Below, in pieces: positions 28,029 through 38,110 of a stretch of 64,000 bases of DNA. Source of the stretch: a virus; the IMG/VR virus record IMGVR_UViG_3300025070_000022, positions 25,941 through 89,940 of that record; one strand, given 5' to 3'. Every line of letters starts with the position of its first letter. Position 1 is the stretch's first letter. A model generated the notes under the pieces. That model was not told the DNA's origin. It worked only from the letters and a program-made list of their open reading frames with translations, and ran no database searches. Position numbers and translations under genes: made by a program.

Positions 28029-29555
28029 TCATGCTCCTAAACTTCTAGAGGAAGTCGTTCTGTTGATTTCTTTGTTAATCATCTTACCAACCTTCTGTGC
28101 TATAATTCTTAATTCACTGTCGGAAGACCCAACCCTACCGTTAATATTGACGGTGATGTTATTTCCTCCACTGCTAACCATCTTTCTAGATTCTTGATTA
28201 GAATGTACTCGGCTTCCCTTTGGTAGTCTTACTAGTTCCGGTCCTCTTTCTCCAACTAAGGAGAGGCCGCTCTTAGTCACACCGCCGTTAGCGAATGGGT
28301 TTATTGCCAAAATAATAGCCCCTATTGCCGCCACAATAATACCAGCAAGAATGGCTGGTAATGATATTACACCTAAAGCGAGTATAGGAAACAACGCAAT
28401 TAAGGCTCCTATAGCCATGATAGTAAATGCTATTTTATTTAATTGATTCCCAAAAGAGTATTTTATATCATCTATTTCTTGACCCAATATGGTCATTATT
28501 CCAGCCAAGGCAGGAGATAATAAAATAATTAGTAGGCCTACTGCCATTTCTAATAGGCCGTTAAGAGTGGTAACAAAACCACTCAGTAAGTCGGAAAAAC
28601 TACCGTCTTCAAAAATAGCCTCATACATCAAAGTCAAGCCGTCAATAACAGTACCTAATCCTCTCCCTATTGTACGAAGACCTACCATTGATACTGCTAA
28701 AATGTTCTCAGCCCACTTCATTAATCCCTCTCCAGTCACCCCTAAATATTTAGCAAGTTTAACGACGGCATATACGCCGAGAATTACAAGTAATCCTATG
28801 GCTAACGCCTTTCCTATTACAAGTAAGGAAACGGTGAAAAACATACCTGCTTTTTTAGACACCTTATCTAATCTTTTATACATGGAAACTGACTTACTAC
28901 CCAACCACGAAGTATATCGTGACAACTTCTTTTTATTTTTGAGTTCTTTTTTAACAGCAATTGAACTCTTAGAAATAAAAGATAATAATTTAGATTGAGT
29001 AAAAAATTTCTTTAAGGTTAAGTCTGCCGGACCTTTGGGAGAAAGACCTAACAATCTATCCTTTCTAGTTTGAAATGCAGGGCCTTGCATCTTATTAGGG
29101 CCTTTTGCCAGTTCCATTACAGTTTCTATTTGCTCTTTAGATTTCCTAAAAGAACCCCCAACTCCATAGAGAACAGAACCAATAAAACCCTCTTTCTTCC
29201 CCCCTGCTAAGGGCTTGGCAATGAATGTATCAATACCGGATAACATGGTATCCATACGATTTTTAAAGATGAAATATCCGGGGACTCCGTACATTAACTT
29301 GTGGAAAATACCAGCAGGGCCGCTAGTTCTTCTTAAAAAACCCTTTTCCGCACTACCAATAAATCTAGTAAGTATTGTTTCTACTTCTGCAACATCTTTA
29401 GTAGTTTTTTTAGCAGATTCCCCCAAAGTTTCCACTGCTTTGCTTTGTGCTTTCATAGCAGTACTAGATGCTCTTAGAATAGTAAGCATTTCTTTTTGAA
29501 TTTGGACTAAACCATACATATTGTTGTTGATTTTTTCCAAATTTAATTCAGCCAT
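28029..29555 (-). CDS. Tail tape measure protein
   Basis: Helical with hydrophobic segments; C-terminal FANGG...LVGERGPELV; follows the chaperone pair. Confidence 0.8.
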   Translation of the reverse strand: MAELNLEKINNNMYGLVQIQKEMLTILRASSTAMKAQSKAVETLGESAKKTTKDVAEVETILTRFIGSAEKGFLRRTSGPAGIFHKLMYGVPGYFIFKNRMDTMLSGIDTFIAKPLAGGKKEGFIGSVLYGVGGSFRKSKEQIETVMELAKGPNKMQGPAFQTRKDRLLGLSPKGPADLTLKKFFTQSKLLSFISKSSIAVKKELKNKKKLSRYTSWLGSKSVSMYKRLDKVSKKAGMFFTVSLLVIGKALAIGLLVILGVYAVVKLAKYLGVTGEGLMKWAENILAVSMVGLRTIGRGLGTVIDGLTLMYEAIFEDGSFSDLLSGFVTTLNGLLEMAVGLLIILLSPALAGIMTILGQEIDDIKYSFGNQLNKIAFTIMAIGALIALFPILALGVISLPAILAGIIVAAIGAIILAINPFANGGVTKSGLSLVGERGPELVRLPKGSRVHSNQESRKMVSSGGNNITVNINGRVGSSDSELRIIAQKVGKMINKEINRTTSSRSLGA

Positions 29556-29559
29556 GTTA

Positions 29560-29766
29560 TCACTTCACCTTATTCATTTCCTTGTTCATGGCTTCGGCTT
29601 TAAGTTCTTCTACATTTCTGTGTATATACAAAAAGTCCATCACCATACTTGCTGGCATTTGCATCACTTCTAAGGGGCTTATTGATAATGCGCTGGACAA
29701 TGTATAGGTGATTAAGAGAGATGCCATAGCAGGGTCTTTACTCCTACCATTAAGGGCATCTCTCAC
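29560..29766 (-). CDS. Tail assembly chaperone, frameshift extension (gpGT-like)
   Basis: In the -1 frame of the upstream gene after slippery A AAA AAC. Confidence 0.7.
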   Translation of the reverse strand: MRDALNGRSKDPAMASLLITYTLSSALSISPLEVMQMPASMVMDFLYIHRNVEELKAEAMNKEMNKVK

Positions 29767-30128
29767 TCTTCGTTTTTTGCTGAATCCTCTGCTAGTGCTT
29801 CCATTGGATTAGGTAGCACTTCTTTCAGTTGTGAGCCAATATATGGCGTGAGTCTAATTAGTTCTAGAGTAGATAGAGTTGGTTCTGTGCGAACAACAAA
29901 CTTCTCTACTAGGTAGCGATACATTCCATTTAGGTCAATATCAAAACTTTGTGTCTTGGCATCAATGTTCATTAGAGAAGTCATAGCCTGTTCTACTTCT
30001 AGCCATGTAGGTTCTCTAATCCAAACCTTAAGGTATTCGTCGCTTTCCGGTGACACTCTTAATTCGTGACACTTCTCTTCTTGTAGTGCAAATAATACAC
30101 TCTTATTTTTTACGGTATTTTTCTCCAT
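29763..30128 (-). CDS. Tail assembly chaperone (gpG-like)
   Basis: Between tail tube and tape measure; ends SAKNEE with a slippery site. Confidence 0.7.
   Translation of the reverse strand: MEKNTVKNKSVLFALQEEKCHELRVSPESDEYLKVWIREPTWLEVEQAMTSLMNIDAKTQSFDIDLNGMYRYLVEKFVVRTEPTLSTLELIRLTPYIGSQLKEVLPNPMEALAEDSAKNEE
29772..29778 (-). promoter_or_regulatory. -1 programmed ribosomal frameshift site A AAA AAC
   Basis: GCA AAA AAC GAA GAG TGA; the -1 frame reads AAA CGA AGA GTG AGA GAT into the next ORF. Confidence 0.7.
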
Positions 30129-30183
30129 AGTTTTCTCCACCTTCAAAACCAACAAACAAACAAACGGTGTTGGTGGAATATAA

Positions 30184-32424
30184 TCATCCTTGTAAAATCC
30201 AATGTGTTATGACCTCACAAGTATGCAAACTTCTTGCTTGGATAGTGCCTTCAATAGTCACTGCTCCTTTGTCTTCCGGCATAGGCCAAGAGTTAGAAGT
30301 TAGGAAATAGTTGCTAAACTTGAGAGTAATCTTTTCTCCGTTGCCCTTTGTGAAAACTAACTCAACTTGGCTATCTGTAGTTTCGGAAGTATTGACTAGT
30401 TCATTATACATTGCATCATCAGTGACCATAGCACTGAAAGTCATTTCGTAAGTTCTTTGTGCTGGAATAGCATCCTTAACTCCTCGACTTCCAATTCCAA
30501 TGAATCGCTTATCAGTAAGTGTATTATTCATGGCTAGGCTGAAACTAGTAATCTTCAAGAACGATTGTCCGAACATCTTAATTTGTCCATCGGAAAAGAA
30601 GAAAGGTTCTCGGAAAGAATCAGTAGAATCATAGTTGATGAATGAAGTTTCATCAGTGACTCCCCTTCTAGCCTCATAAGATTCAGTCTTTTCTAAGTTG
30701 TGAATTGAACGAACCATGCAGTTCATACTCATCTTGAGTTCTTCGTTTTCGTTAGCAGTGAGGTTGAGAGTATTGACTCGGTTTCCTCTAGCAATTCTAA
30801 CAAAGTTTTCTGTTTCATCAGCGTCACCTGTTTCAGTTCTGTAGGTATTGCTAGATGAGAGTTTAGAAAAGGATTGTTCTAAAGAGAACGATGGTAGATT
30901 ATCTCCATCCTCTTCTGTCATTGTGTAAGTGATTGGATTAGTGATAGAAGTGGCCGTTCCTGTAGGAGCAGTCAATTCATCTAAGTCAGTATGTTGGTCG
31001 TCTAAAGCAGAAACAGGAGGAGTGAGGATAGTACCAATAGAGCGATAGAATAGTGGAGCCTGTCTATGGTTTCCTGTTGAACTTCTGTCGGGGTTTAGAT
31101 AAAACTTGTCAGCAACATCAGCCGCTATATCGCTAGCGGCATTATCAGTAGCATCCAAAGTAGCACTAACAGTAGCCTTACCAAAGAAATAGTAAAGCCA
31201 AGCACCGTGATTTGCCATGACTCCTAAATCAGTAGCCCCTGCGGTTTCGATTCCTTTGTATTGGTATGTGTAGTTTCTAGAACCACCAACCATAAGATTG
31301 ACTTGTTTATTTTCTATTTCATTTTCGGGGAAAGTTAGTGAATCAACAACACCTAACCAATTGTCTGCCGCTAGACGCTTGACCGACGAAGTTGCTGGAG
31401 CAGGTAATGGTGCGCCATATCTCTTTAGTACGAAAAAGTCAGCAGAGGCACTAACTGTAGTAGTAATTGCTGGAGAAAATGTAAAACTGGTAGAAGTGTT
31501 CGAGATTATTCTATGGATTGAAGTAGGAGAAGTCACAACATCTCCAGCCCCAGTAGTAGTAAAGGCAATAACTGGATTAGTACCAGCAACAGACAAAGTA
31601 AGACTATCTGCTCCCGAAACGCTAGAACCAGCATTAATAATAGTAGCATCTCCTAGTGAAACTACTCCACCGTCAACATCACTCCCAATACTTACAAAGT
31701 CCCCGCTATTATCTCCGCCGGTGGCCACTGCCATAGTACCACTGCCAACATATCCACCTGTATTATTAGTGATGGTTAATACAGCACCGCTTCTAGTAAT
31801 AGTAAGCCCACCCGCACCATTTAGTGCTGTTTGAACTGCTACAGCACATTGGATAGCAGTAGCAGAATTAGCAATACTTACTTCTACAAATTCATCAAAA
31901 CCAGCATCACTAGCAACAGAGTCTCCCGCCGCATCAAATAAAATACCAAACGGTGAATCACCCGCCGCACTTGCTCTTTGGATTGTAATAACTCCCGCAC
32001 CATAATTTTGTCCGTCACCATCTGCGGCGGCAAAGGTAAGTTCTGTAGAATGAGCAGAAGGAGATAGGTGAACTTCTGCTCCAGTAGAAGACATGCTTCC
32101 AAGGCCAGTGATTGCGGCATTTTCTATAATTGCTTGAGCCGCAGTGACTTGAGTTCCAGCAGTTGTGACAGTGGCACTTCCTAATGTACCACTAGCAGAA
32201 GAAGAGGCTGGATTAGCAGTACGGCCTCCAGCGTAGTACTCTAAAGTACAACCTTGGTAGAGATTATTCACGAAAAGGAATTTACCTGTGTCAACATTTT
32301 CCGTATTTAGAGTGACCGTAGTTCCACTATCAGTCACATTTCCATTGCTTCTAAATGTAAAATCAACTTCGGGGACAAATGTCACCGATGCACCGCTTCC
32401 TAAAAATATATTATTGTTCGTCAT
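30184..32424 (-). CDS. Major tail tube protein with inserted beta-rich domains
   Basis: LPSFSLEQ, GNRVNTLNL, ITSFSLAMNNTL tube-like motifs; upstream of the chaperones. Confidence 0.7.
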   Translation of the reverse strand: MTNNNIFLGSGASVTFVPEVDFTFRSNGNVTDSGTTVTLNTENVDTGKFLFVNNLYQGCTLEYYAGGRTANPASSSASGTLGSATVTTAGTQVTAAQAIIENAAITGLGSMSSTGAEVHLSPSAHSTELTFAAADGDGQNYGAGVITIQRASAAGDSPFGILFDAAGDSVASDAGFDEFVEVSIANSATAIQCAVAVQTALNGAGGLTITRSGAVLTITNNTGGYVGSGTMAVATGGDNSGDFVSIGSDVDGGVVSLGDATIINAGSSVSGADSLTLSVAGTNPVIAFTTTGAGDVVTSPTSIHRIISNTSTSFTFSPAITTTVSASADFFVLKRYGAPLPAPATSSVKRLAADNWLGVVDSLTFPENEIENKQVNLMVGGSRNYTYQYKGIETAGATDLGVMANHGAWLYYFFGKATVSATLDATDNAASDIAADVADKFYLNPDRSSTGNHRQAPLFYRSIGTILTPPVSALDDQHTDLDELTAPTGTATSITNPITYTMTEEDGDNLPSFSLEQSFSKLSSSNTYRTETGDADETENFVRIARGNRVNTLNLTANENEELKMSMNCMVRSIHNLEKTESYEARRGVTDETSFINYDSTDSFREPFFFSDGQIKMFGQSFLKITSFSLAMNNTLTDKRFIGIGSRGVKDAIPAQRTYEMTFSAMVTDDAMYNELVNTSETTDSQVELVFTKGNGEKITLKFSNYFLTSNSWPMPEDKGAVTIEGTIQARSLHTCEVITHWILQG

Positions 32425-32451
32425 AAAATCCCTCTCCCTTTTACAAACTTA

Positions 32452-33171
32452 CTAGGGGATTGTCTGTGCGTATCTCTTTGCCGTTAATGTCACTTTATAT
32501 CCAAAGAGTCGTTTCTTTCTGTCATTTGCTTCGCTTCGATTTCCAACTTCCAATAAACTAAAGCATGAACCATCGCTTGCAGTATAACCCCGTCGTTTGC
32601 TCTCAAGTGCATGACGAAGTATCAAGTATAAAGACCTTAACCTATCTCTTCCGTAATTAGAATCTCTTGAATTAAACTTAATCGACTGCCCAGTTCTTGC
32701 TTTAGTTGGTGTAGCCGATAGAACAAGAGTAGTGCTATTCGTGATACTGGATACTGTTGTGCCATCTGGGATTCCTGTACCTGTGACCTCCATGCCTACA
32801 GCAATACCCGTAGTTGAAGTAAGGGTCATGTTGGTACTGCTGGTTGTATATGCCCCTCCCGAACTTGTGAACGAAGTACCAACGGCTCTCTCGTCGTGAA
32901 TACAACGAAGGTGTAAAGTGAAAGTATAGGTTTCATTGCGAACATCATAAAGAACCGTAGGATATTCTATGGTGTTACCATCTTCAAAAACTATGATAAC
33001 ATCTTTGCTAGAAAGGTCATATCTAGCACCCTGTCCTTTTTCTAAAGTTCTAACATCAATTAGGTTTGGCTTAGGTAATGCTACTGGAATAGTACCTGCT
33101 TGATTCAAAGCAGTAGCAGAAGCAGACCAATTATTATCCAGCAAATCTAGAATTAGAGTGACCTCATCCAT
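32452..33171 (-). CDS. Putative tail terminator/neck protein
   Basis: Position upstream of the tail tube; inserted GMEVTGTGIPDGTTV module. Confidence 0.5.
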   Translation of the reverse strand: MDEVTLILDLLDNNWSASATALNQAGTIPVALPKPNLIDVRTLEKGQGARYDLSSKDVIIVFEDGNTIEYPTVLYDVRNETYTFTLHLRCIHDERAVGTSFTSSGGAYTTSSTNMTLTSTTGIAVGMEVTGTGIPDGTTVSSITNSTTLVLSATPTKARTGQSIKFNSRDSNYGRDRLRSLYLILRHALESKRRGYTASDGSCFSLLEVGNRSEANDRKKRLFGYKVTLTAKRYAQTIP

Positions 33172-33355
33172 AGACCATTCCCTCCATTATTGATTGAGAG
33201 ATAGCCCTTTCTAAATCCTCTTCGATGAACCTAGCCAATTCTTCATCCGAGAAAGAAATGTCGATTCCTAGAATAGTAGAAACCCTTTCCATTTCTAATT
33301 GACGCTCTTTGTGTTTATCTATCAAAGAGTTTAGGGTTTCAGTAATCTTCAACAT
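33164..33355 (-). CDS. Hypothetical protein
   Basis: ORF, likely ATG at 33355. Confidence 0.55.
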   Translation of the reverse strand: MLKITETLNSLIDKHKERQLEMERVSTILGIDISFSDEELARFIEEDLERAISQSIMEGMVYG

Positions 33356-33871
33356 ATCAATCCCTTCCGTCAAATCTACTTTCTATTTTTTTATGAATGT
33401 TTTTAATTAAAGACTCAATGAATGAATTAGAGGTTTTTGAAAACACACTAATTGTACCGTTTTCTTTATTGTGAGAACCTGCATTGTATTCATAGACAGG
33501 ATAAACGCCTTGGTCTTCTGCTTTTAATCTGTATTCTTCGCCAAAATTATCAGCAATTTCATTTATTTCGTCTTCAAACCCTCTGTACCACAAATCATAC
33601 CAATCTACATCTAATGTTATTTGTATTTCTTCAAATGGTTTTGATATAAAGTCGTCATTATGACGGCCAACATTTGGGTTAAAACTCAATATGTAATTAG
33701 GAAAATAAATCATTCCATTGCTGAACTCAAAACCTTCAAGTCCTTCCTTTCTTTCTATTGTATCAACAAGTTCCCGATACAAACCATTCATAAATTCTAC
33801 TTTAGTGTGATAAGGAATGTGGGTTTTACCACCACTGTTATTTTTTAATATTTTTTTCCACATATCAATCC
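33352..33871. repeat. 12-bp direct repeat ACATATCAATCC (33352-33363, 33860-33871)
   Basis: Read directly; flanks ORF 33357-33863. Confidence 0.7.
33357..33863 (-). CDS. WxxILK-tagged accessory protein
   Basis: Starts MWKKILKN; flanked by a 12-bp direct repeat. Confidence 0.7.
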   Translation of the reverse strand: MWKKILKNNSGGKTHIPYHTKVEFMNGLYRELVDTIERKEGLEGFEFSNGMIYFPNYILSFNPNVGRHNDDFISKPFEEIQITLDVDWYDLWYRGFEDEINEIADNFGEEYRLKAEDQGVYPVYEYNAGSHNKENGTISVFSKTSNSFIESLIKNIHKKIESRFDGRD

Positions 33872-35169
33872 AACATATACACTAAGTCTTTCTTACCATC
33901 AATAAGAGCCATCCCTTCTGTACGAAGTAAATCGTACTTCTCCTTCGCTGATATGTTTGCTCCAGTTTCAGCAATCATTATTGTTTGGTCGTCATGTCGT
34001 AGAATTTCTGCCGCAACTAATTTAGTAGTGGCTTCGTGAACTGTAGAAGGTACTCTTCCATCACCAGCAACATAAGAAACAATGATTGAGTTCTTGTTAT
34101 GATAAGGATACTTCTTCAAAAAGAAAATTCTTCCATCGTCGCTCATCATCCAAAAGTCTCCTAAACGCTTCATATCTTCTTTGTCAGTAAAAGGTACAAT
34201 AGAACAGACTGTGGGGATTTCATTGGTAGTGGTAAAGGTTAGTGTACTTGAGGCAGAACCAGTAGCGGCTTTGGAAAGAGTGACGGTAGTTCCACTATCA
34301 ATAGAAGAAATAGTAGTAGAGGCAGGGATATTAGTTCCTGTGACTTCCATATCTACTGCTAATTTACTAGAATCGGCTACAGTCAAACTAGTGCTGGAGT
34401 TACTAGTAGTACAAGACTGTTGAATAGTAGCCTTTAGTGTGCAACCTGCTCCATCATCTCCCGATAATAAAGATGAAATTAAGACCTTAGTACCATCTTG
34501 GTCGTCTTTTTGTGAAAAGAAGAAATCCGAAATATTTAGATTACTAGTTTCTAATTCTTTTGAAGCAGTTGCTCCTGTAAATTGAGAGGTATTCGAGGGA
34601 AATTTCTCATTAATCAAATCAACAATTTCATTGTTAGTGGTCTTTATTCCGAAGGTAGTACAAAACTCATCGTTTGCTAGTGCGGAAACATCATTTTCTG
34701 CTAGTAATTCAAAAGAAACTCCACCGTTAGGTAGTTGGAAAATAATAGAGTGTATATCTCTAAAGTTGTCTAAGAGGGTAATGGACCCTTGAGCCGAGGC
34801 TAATTCTCGATAGTCATTACCTTCCCAAACTCTAAGGCTTACAATCTTTCTAATCTTCATCTGTTGTAGTTGTATAAAACCCACATATCCACCATAATAA
34901 GAAGCAATAGGACTCCTAGTAAATTCAAAATCTTTAAACTCATTCTTCCAAATAATGGGTCTAAAAGAACGGTTAATTTTTTCATCTACCATCCCTTCTA
35001 TTCTTTTAATAATGGAGCCGACTTGTGCGGCAGAAGGATTAGTACCGGAGGTGAAAGGAGTGACTTGTAGTAGGTCAGAAACTGCGGCTATATCTGTGTA
35101 GAAACCTTGTCCTGTAGCATAGTTTGGGTTAATTGAAGTATAGTCACTGGGGGAGGATGCTACTGGCAT
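33865..35169 (-). CDS. Head-tail adaptor/connector
   Basis: YTDIAAV..LL N-terminus and VSYVAG..VPSTVHEATTKLVA C-terminus of gp6/gp15-like adaptors. Confidence 0.65.
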   Translation of the reverse strand: MPVASSPSDYTSINPNYATGQGFYTDIAAVSDLLQVTPFTSGTNPSAAQVGSIIKRIEGMVDEKINRSFRPIIWKNEFKDFEFTRSPIASYYGGYVGFIQLQQMKIRKIVSLRVWEGNDYRELASAQGSITLLDNFRDIHSIIFQLPNGGVSFELLAENDVSALANDEFCTTFGIKTTNNEIVDLINEKFPSNTSQFTGATASKELETSNLNISDFFFSQKDDQDGTKVLISSLLSGDDGAGCTLKATIQQSCTTSNSSTSLTVADSSKLAVDMEVTGTNIPASTTISSIDSGTTVTLSKAATGSASSTLTFTTTNEIPTVCSIVPFTDKEDMKRLGDFWMMSDDGRIFFLKKYPYHNKNSIIVSYVAGDGRVPSTVHEATTKLVAAEILRHDDQTIMIAETGANISAKEKYDLLRTEGMALIDGKKDLVYMLD

Positions 35170-36782
35170 TATATCACCTTCTCTTTTAATTCAGCAAGTT
35201 CTTCTTCTAAATCGTCAAAGTTTCCTAGTATATCACTTATGAAATCCGAGACAAATACTTGTTGTGTCCTTACCTCATCTTTCATTAAGCGGAGATGGGA
35301 CAAACCATAACTAGCCATTCTTTCAGCGTATTCTTCTTTGGTTTCTATTCTTGTTTTTTTGCCTATCTTTACCCTTTTTCCATATAGGAGAGGTCTTTCT
35401 GTAGGGGTGAATTGCCCTACTCTATCGTCACCTTTACCTTTTACTTTTAGATTAGCCATTTGTGTGAATTTTAGTTCAGTATATTGGTGGGCTATTTCAA
35501 TCATAACTTCATTCTTTGCTTTGATATTATCTATAACATCTCTTTCAATAGCACCAGTAAATCCAGCAGACATAAACTTCTTTTGTTTAACTACAGCAGT
35601 CTTAGTTTTCTCCGCTTCTGCTTCAGCCATAGGTATCCGTTGTCGGTCTTTCCATTGAGTATCTAGGGAGTTTAGTTCCTTATACAACTTCTTTGCTTCC
35701 TTTAAATCTTCATCATCAAGAAGACCATCCTTCCTCTTTTTATTGACTAGAGATAGTTCTTCATATGTACTAAGAATATCTATTTTCAAATCTTCTACAG
35801 TCCTTCTAGGCTTAACAGATTTAACATTCTCTACTAAGTTCTTCACTCCTTCTGTGATGAAATCGTGAGATTTTTCTCCGATTACTTGTCTCTCACCCTT
35901 ACTTTTAAAATCCAATGTCAATTTCAAATTATTAGAAATATCTAAATCTAAAACAGATGGCATAATGAGAAGAATGATTTTAGCAATAACTCCTGCATCA
36001 AAATCCAAACTTAAAAATATTTCAGTATCGGTTTTTTTCCTAGATTTAATTTCATCGGAAAATAATTCTTTAACGGCTTCGCCTAATGCATCCTTATCTT
36101 CTAAACTAACAAGTGCCTTTACTCTTTCTGTATCAGTACCGACCCTAACAATTTCTGCAATTCCTTGTTCTCTAAGCACTTGTGATTTTTCTTCCAAGTC
36201 TATTTCTAGAGTGAATTTTTCTCCCTCGAAGAATTTCTCTTCTGTAAATTTACTTTCAGCCTCTTCCAATTTAGCGTCTATTGCATCTAAGAGAAGTTTG
36301 CCTAAACGAACATAGACTCTATCTTGTAATTTAGATATTTGCTCATCATCCAGTTCCTTTGCTTCATCTATATCTTTATCTGTAGGCTTTCTAAACTCGG
36401 AAAAAGAGCCGAAGCCGGAAACTCTTTTCAGTAAATTAGGAGCCTCTAAATCCTTTATTGAATAATTAAGTAGACTTGGAATTATCGGAGTTTTATCGGT
36501 TTCTTTTTTAGAGTAATCAATTATCAATCTATTCTTCAAATTATACGATTCATCATTAACAATATCAGCAATAGTTCTTTGTTCTAAAGGAACTATTATC
36601 TCTTGTAATTTATCAACAAATTCTTGAAAATTTTCTTCTGTTCCATCCAACGAATCCAAATCATCTAAAATTTTAGAATCTGTTGATAAATGTTCATCAA
36701 AAACAAGTTCTACAATATCCTTTTCTAAAGTATCCTTATTTAAATTATAAGTTGTTGTGCGATTCAGTTTGAAGTTGACCAA
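35169..36782 (-). CDS. Hypothetical charged protein
   Basis: 537 aa ORF, no motif recognised. Confidence 0.6.
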   Translation of the reverse strand: MVNFKLNRTTTYNLNKDTLEKDIVELVFDEHLSTDSKILDDLDSLDGTEENFQEFVDKLQEIIVPLEQRTIADIVNDESYNLKNRLIIDYSKKETDKTPIIPSLLNYSIKDLEAPNLLKRVSGFGSFSEFRKPTDKDIDEAKELDDEQISKLQDRVYVRLGKLLLDAIDAKLEEAESKFTEEKFFEGEKFTLEIDLEEKSQVLREQGIAEIVRVGTDTERVKALVSLEDKDALGEAVKELFSDEIKSRKKTDTEIFLSLDFDAGVIAKIILLIMPSVLDLDISNNLKLTLDFKSKGERQVIGEKSHDFITEGVKNLVENVKSVKPRRTVEDLKIDILSTYEELSLVNKKRKDGLLDDEDLKEAKKLYKELNSLDTQWKDRQRIPMAEAEAEKTKTAVVKQKKFMSAGFTGAIERDVIDNIKAKNEVMIEIAHQYTELKFTQMANLKVKGKGDDRVGQFTPTERPLLYGKRVKIGKKTRIETKEEYAERMASYGLSHLRLMKDEVRTQQVFVSDFISDILGNFDDLEEELAELKEKVI

Positions 36783-36794
36783 TGTAAATCACCT

Positions 36795-37442
36795 TCACAT
36801 TAACCACTTGCCCCAAGCCGCTAATTTCTGCGCTTTTTGGGCTAAATGTAGACCGCTTTGTGGAGGTTCATAACTCATCTGTCCATTTGTAGGGTCAATC
36901 CAGTAAGGCCTTCCATAATTATCATTTCCACTAGGAGGTATAGGATAGCCACTGCCATTATTCATAGCCAATCCAGTAGTGCCATAGGCTCCTTGTTGAA
37001 TTGGTTGTTGTGGCATTCCATGTGAGGGATTAGAAGCCCCACTAAATCCTTGAGATTCAAGATATTGTTGTTTTGCCATTTTTCTTTGATTAATAATTTC
37101 ACTATTTATTGCAGAATTCAAGATAGCATTCATATCTAAAGCGATATTCTCTTGAGTAATTTGCTCATATTCTCGTAGGCTATCACTACTAACTTTCATA
37201 TTTCCAGTAGTAGAATCTTGACGAAACTCTAATTTAGTTAGCATTCTACTAACACTTCTGTCAATTACATCTTCCATCAATTGCTCTAAACTAGATAAAA
37301 ACTGTTCTCCGTGATATTGAAAGAATTCTTCCACATGGTTTTCTTGTAGAGAAAGCAGGTTATTTACAGTCTTAAACTGCGTGTCATTTTGCGCTTGTAC
37401 TGCGCCCATTACTGCCCCATTACTTGTTCCAAATACGCCCAT
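36795..37442 (-). CDS. Helical protein with C-terminal WW-like motif
   Basis: IPPSGNDNYGRPYWIDPTNGQMSYEPP after a Q/G-rich linker. Confidence 0.55.
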   Translation of the reverse strand: MGVFGTSNGAVMGAVQAQNDTQFKTVNNLLSLQENHVEEFFQYHGEQFLSSLEQLMEDVIDRSVSRMLTKLEFRQDSTTGNMKVSSDSLREYEQITQENIALDMNAILNSAINSEIINQRKMAKQQYLESQGFSGASNPSHGMPQQPIQQGAYGTTGLAMNNGSGYPIPPSGNDNYGRPYWIDPTNGQMSYEPPQSGLHLAQKAQKLAAWGKWLM

Positions 37443-38071
37443 TATTCCTCACCTTTAGTCACTATAGTATTCAATCGCTCGCTAGATATTCTTATTTCGT
37501 TTGTTAGTCGTATTACTTCTTCTAGTTTATTTTCATCCGTAGTCGGAGTAGGAGGAGTAACTATCCAACCTACGCCCACTAGCGAAACAACATCGGCCTT
37601 TGATAAGGTGGTAAGTGGCCCCTTAGATAAAACTTGGGGCATTTTTGGTCTTGGAATGAATGCCTTAAAATCTAAGCCATGCTCGTCTGCCAGTATTTGC
37701 TGTTGTAGCATTTCCATTTGTCTATGATGTGTAGCGTGTTTAGGGCAATAAGTACCTCTCATCGGCCTACCTTTAGTGACATGGCTTAGTGGGATAGGGG
37801 GTCGCATGTAATCTCCGCTCTCCCAAATATGATGAACACCGCAGACAACGCAACGGTCTTTTAAATTAAATTTCCAGCCATATTTGATGAATAAGAATTT
37901 CTTTTTTTCTGCATTGAGTACCTTGGTAATTTCTTTCAGCATCTTCTTTGGTTTAATCTGCACGAAAGAATATTCGGAAACTGGACCTGCGGCTCTTGCG
38001 CTCATTAGAGGAGGCAAGAAAGAACTAGCAATGCTAGGATTGTTGGCGATTAGGTTGGGCTGTTGAAACAT
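37442..38071 (-). CDS. Zn-binding, Pro-rich protein
   Basis: CVVCG...YCPKH; RPPIP and TPPTP. Confidence 0.6.
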   Translation of the reverse strand: MFQQPNLIANNPSIASSFLPPLMSARAAGPVSEYSFVQIKPKKMLKEITKVLNAEKKKFLFIKYGWKFNLKDRCVVCGVHHIWESGDYMRPPIPLSHVTKGRPMRGTYCPKHATHHRQMEMLQQQILADEHGLDFKAFIPRPKMPQVLSKGPLTTLSKADVVSLVGVGWIVTPPTPTTDENKLEEVIRLTNEIRISSERLNTIVTKGEE

Positions 38072-38110
38072 AATTATTCCTCGTTTTCTTTTCTTTGTAT
38101 AGGTTTCTAT

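Noticed and set aside
30138-30177. CAAA microrepeat and weak hairpin after the tail tube gene
   Set aside because: Could be an attenuator, but it is too short and weak to call.
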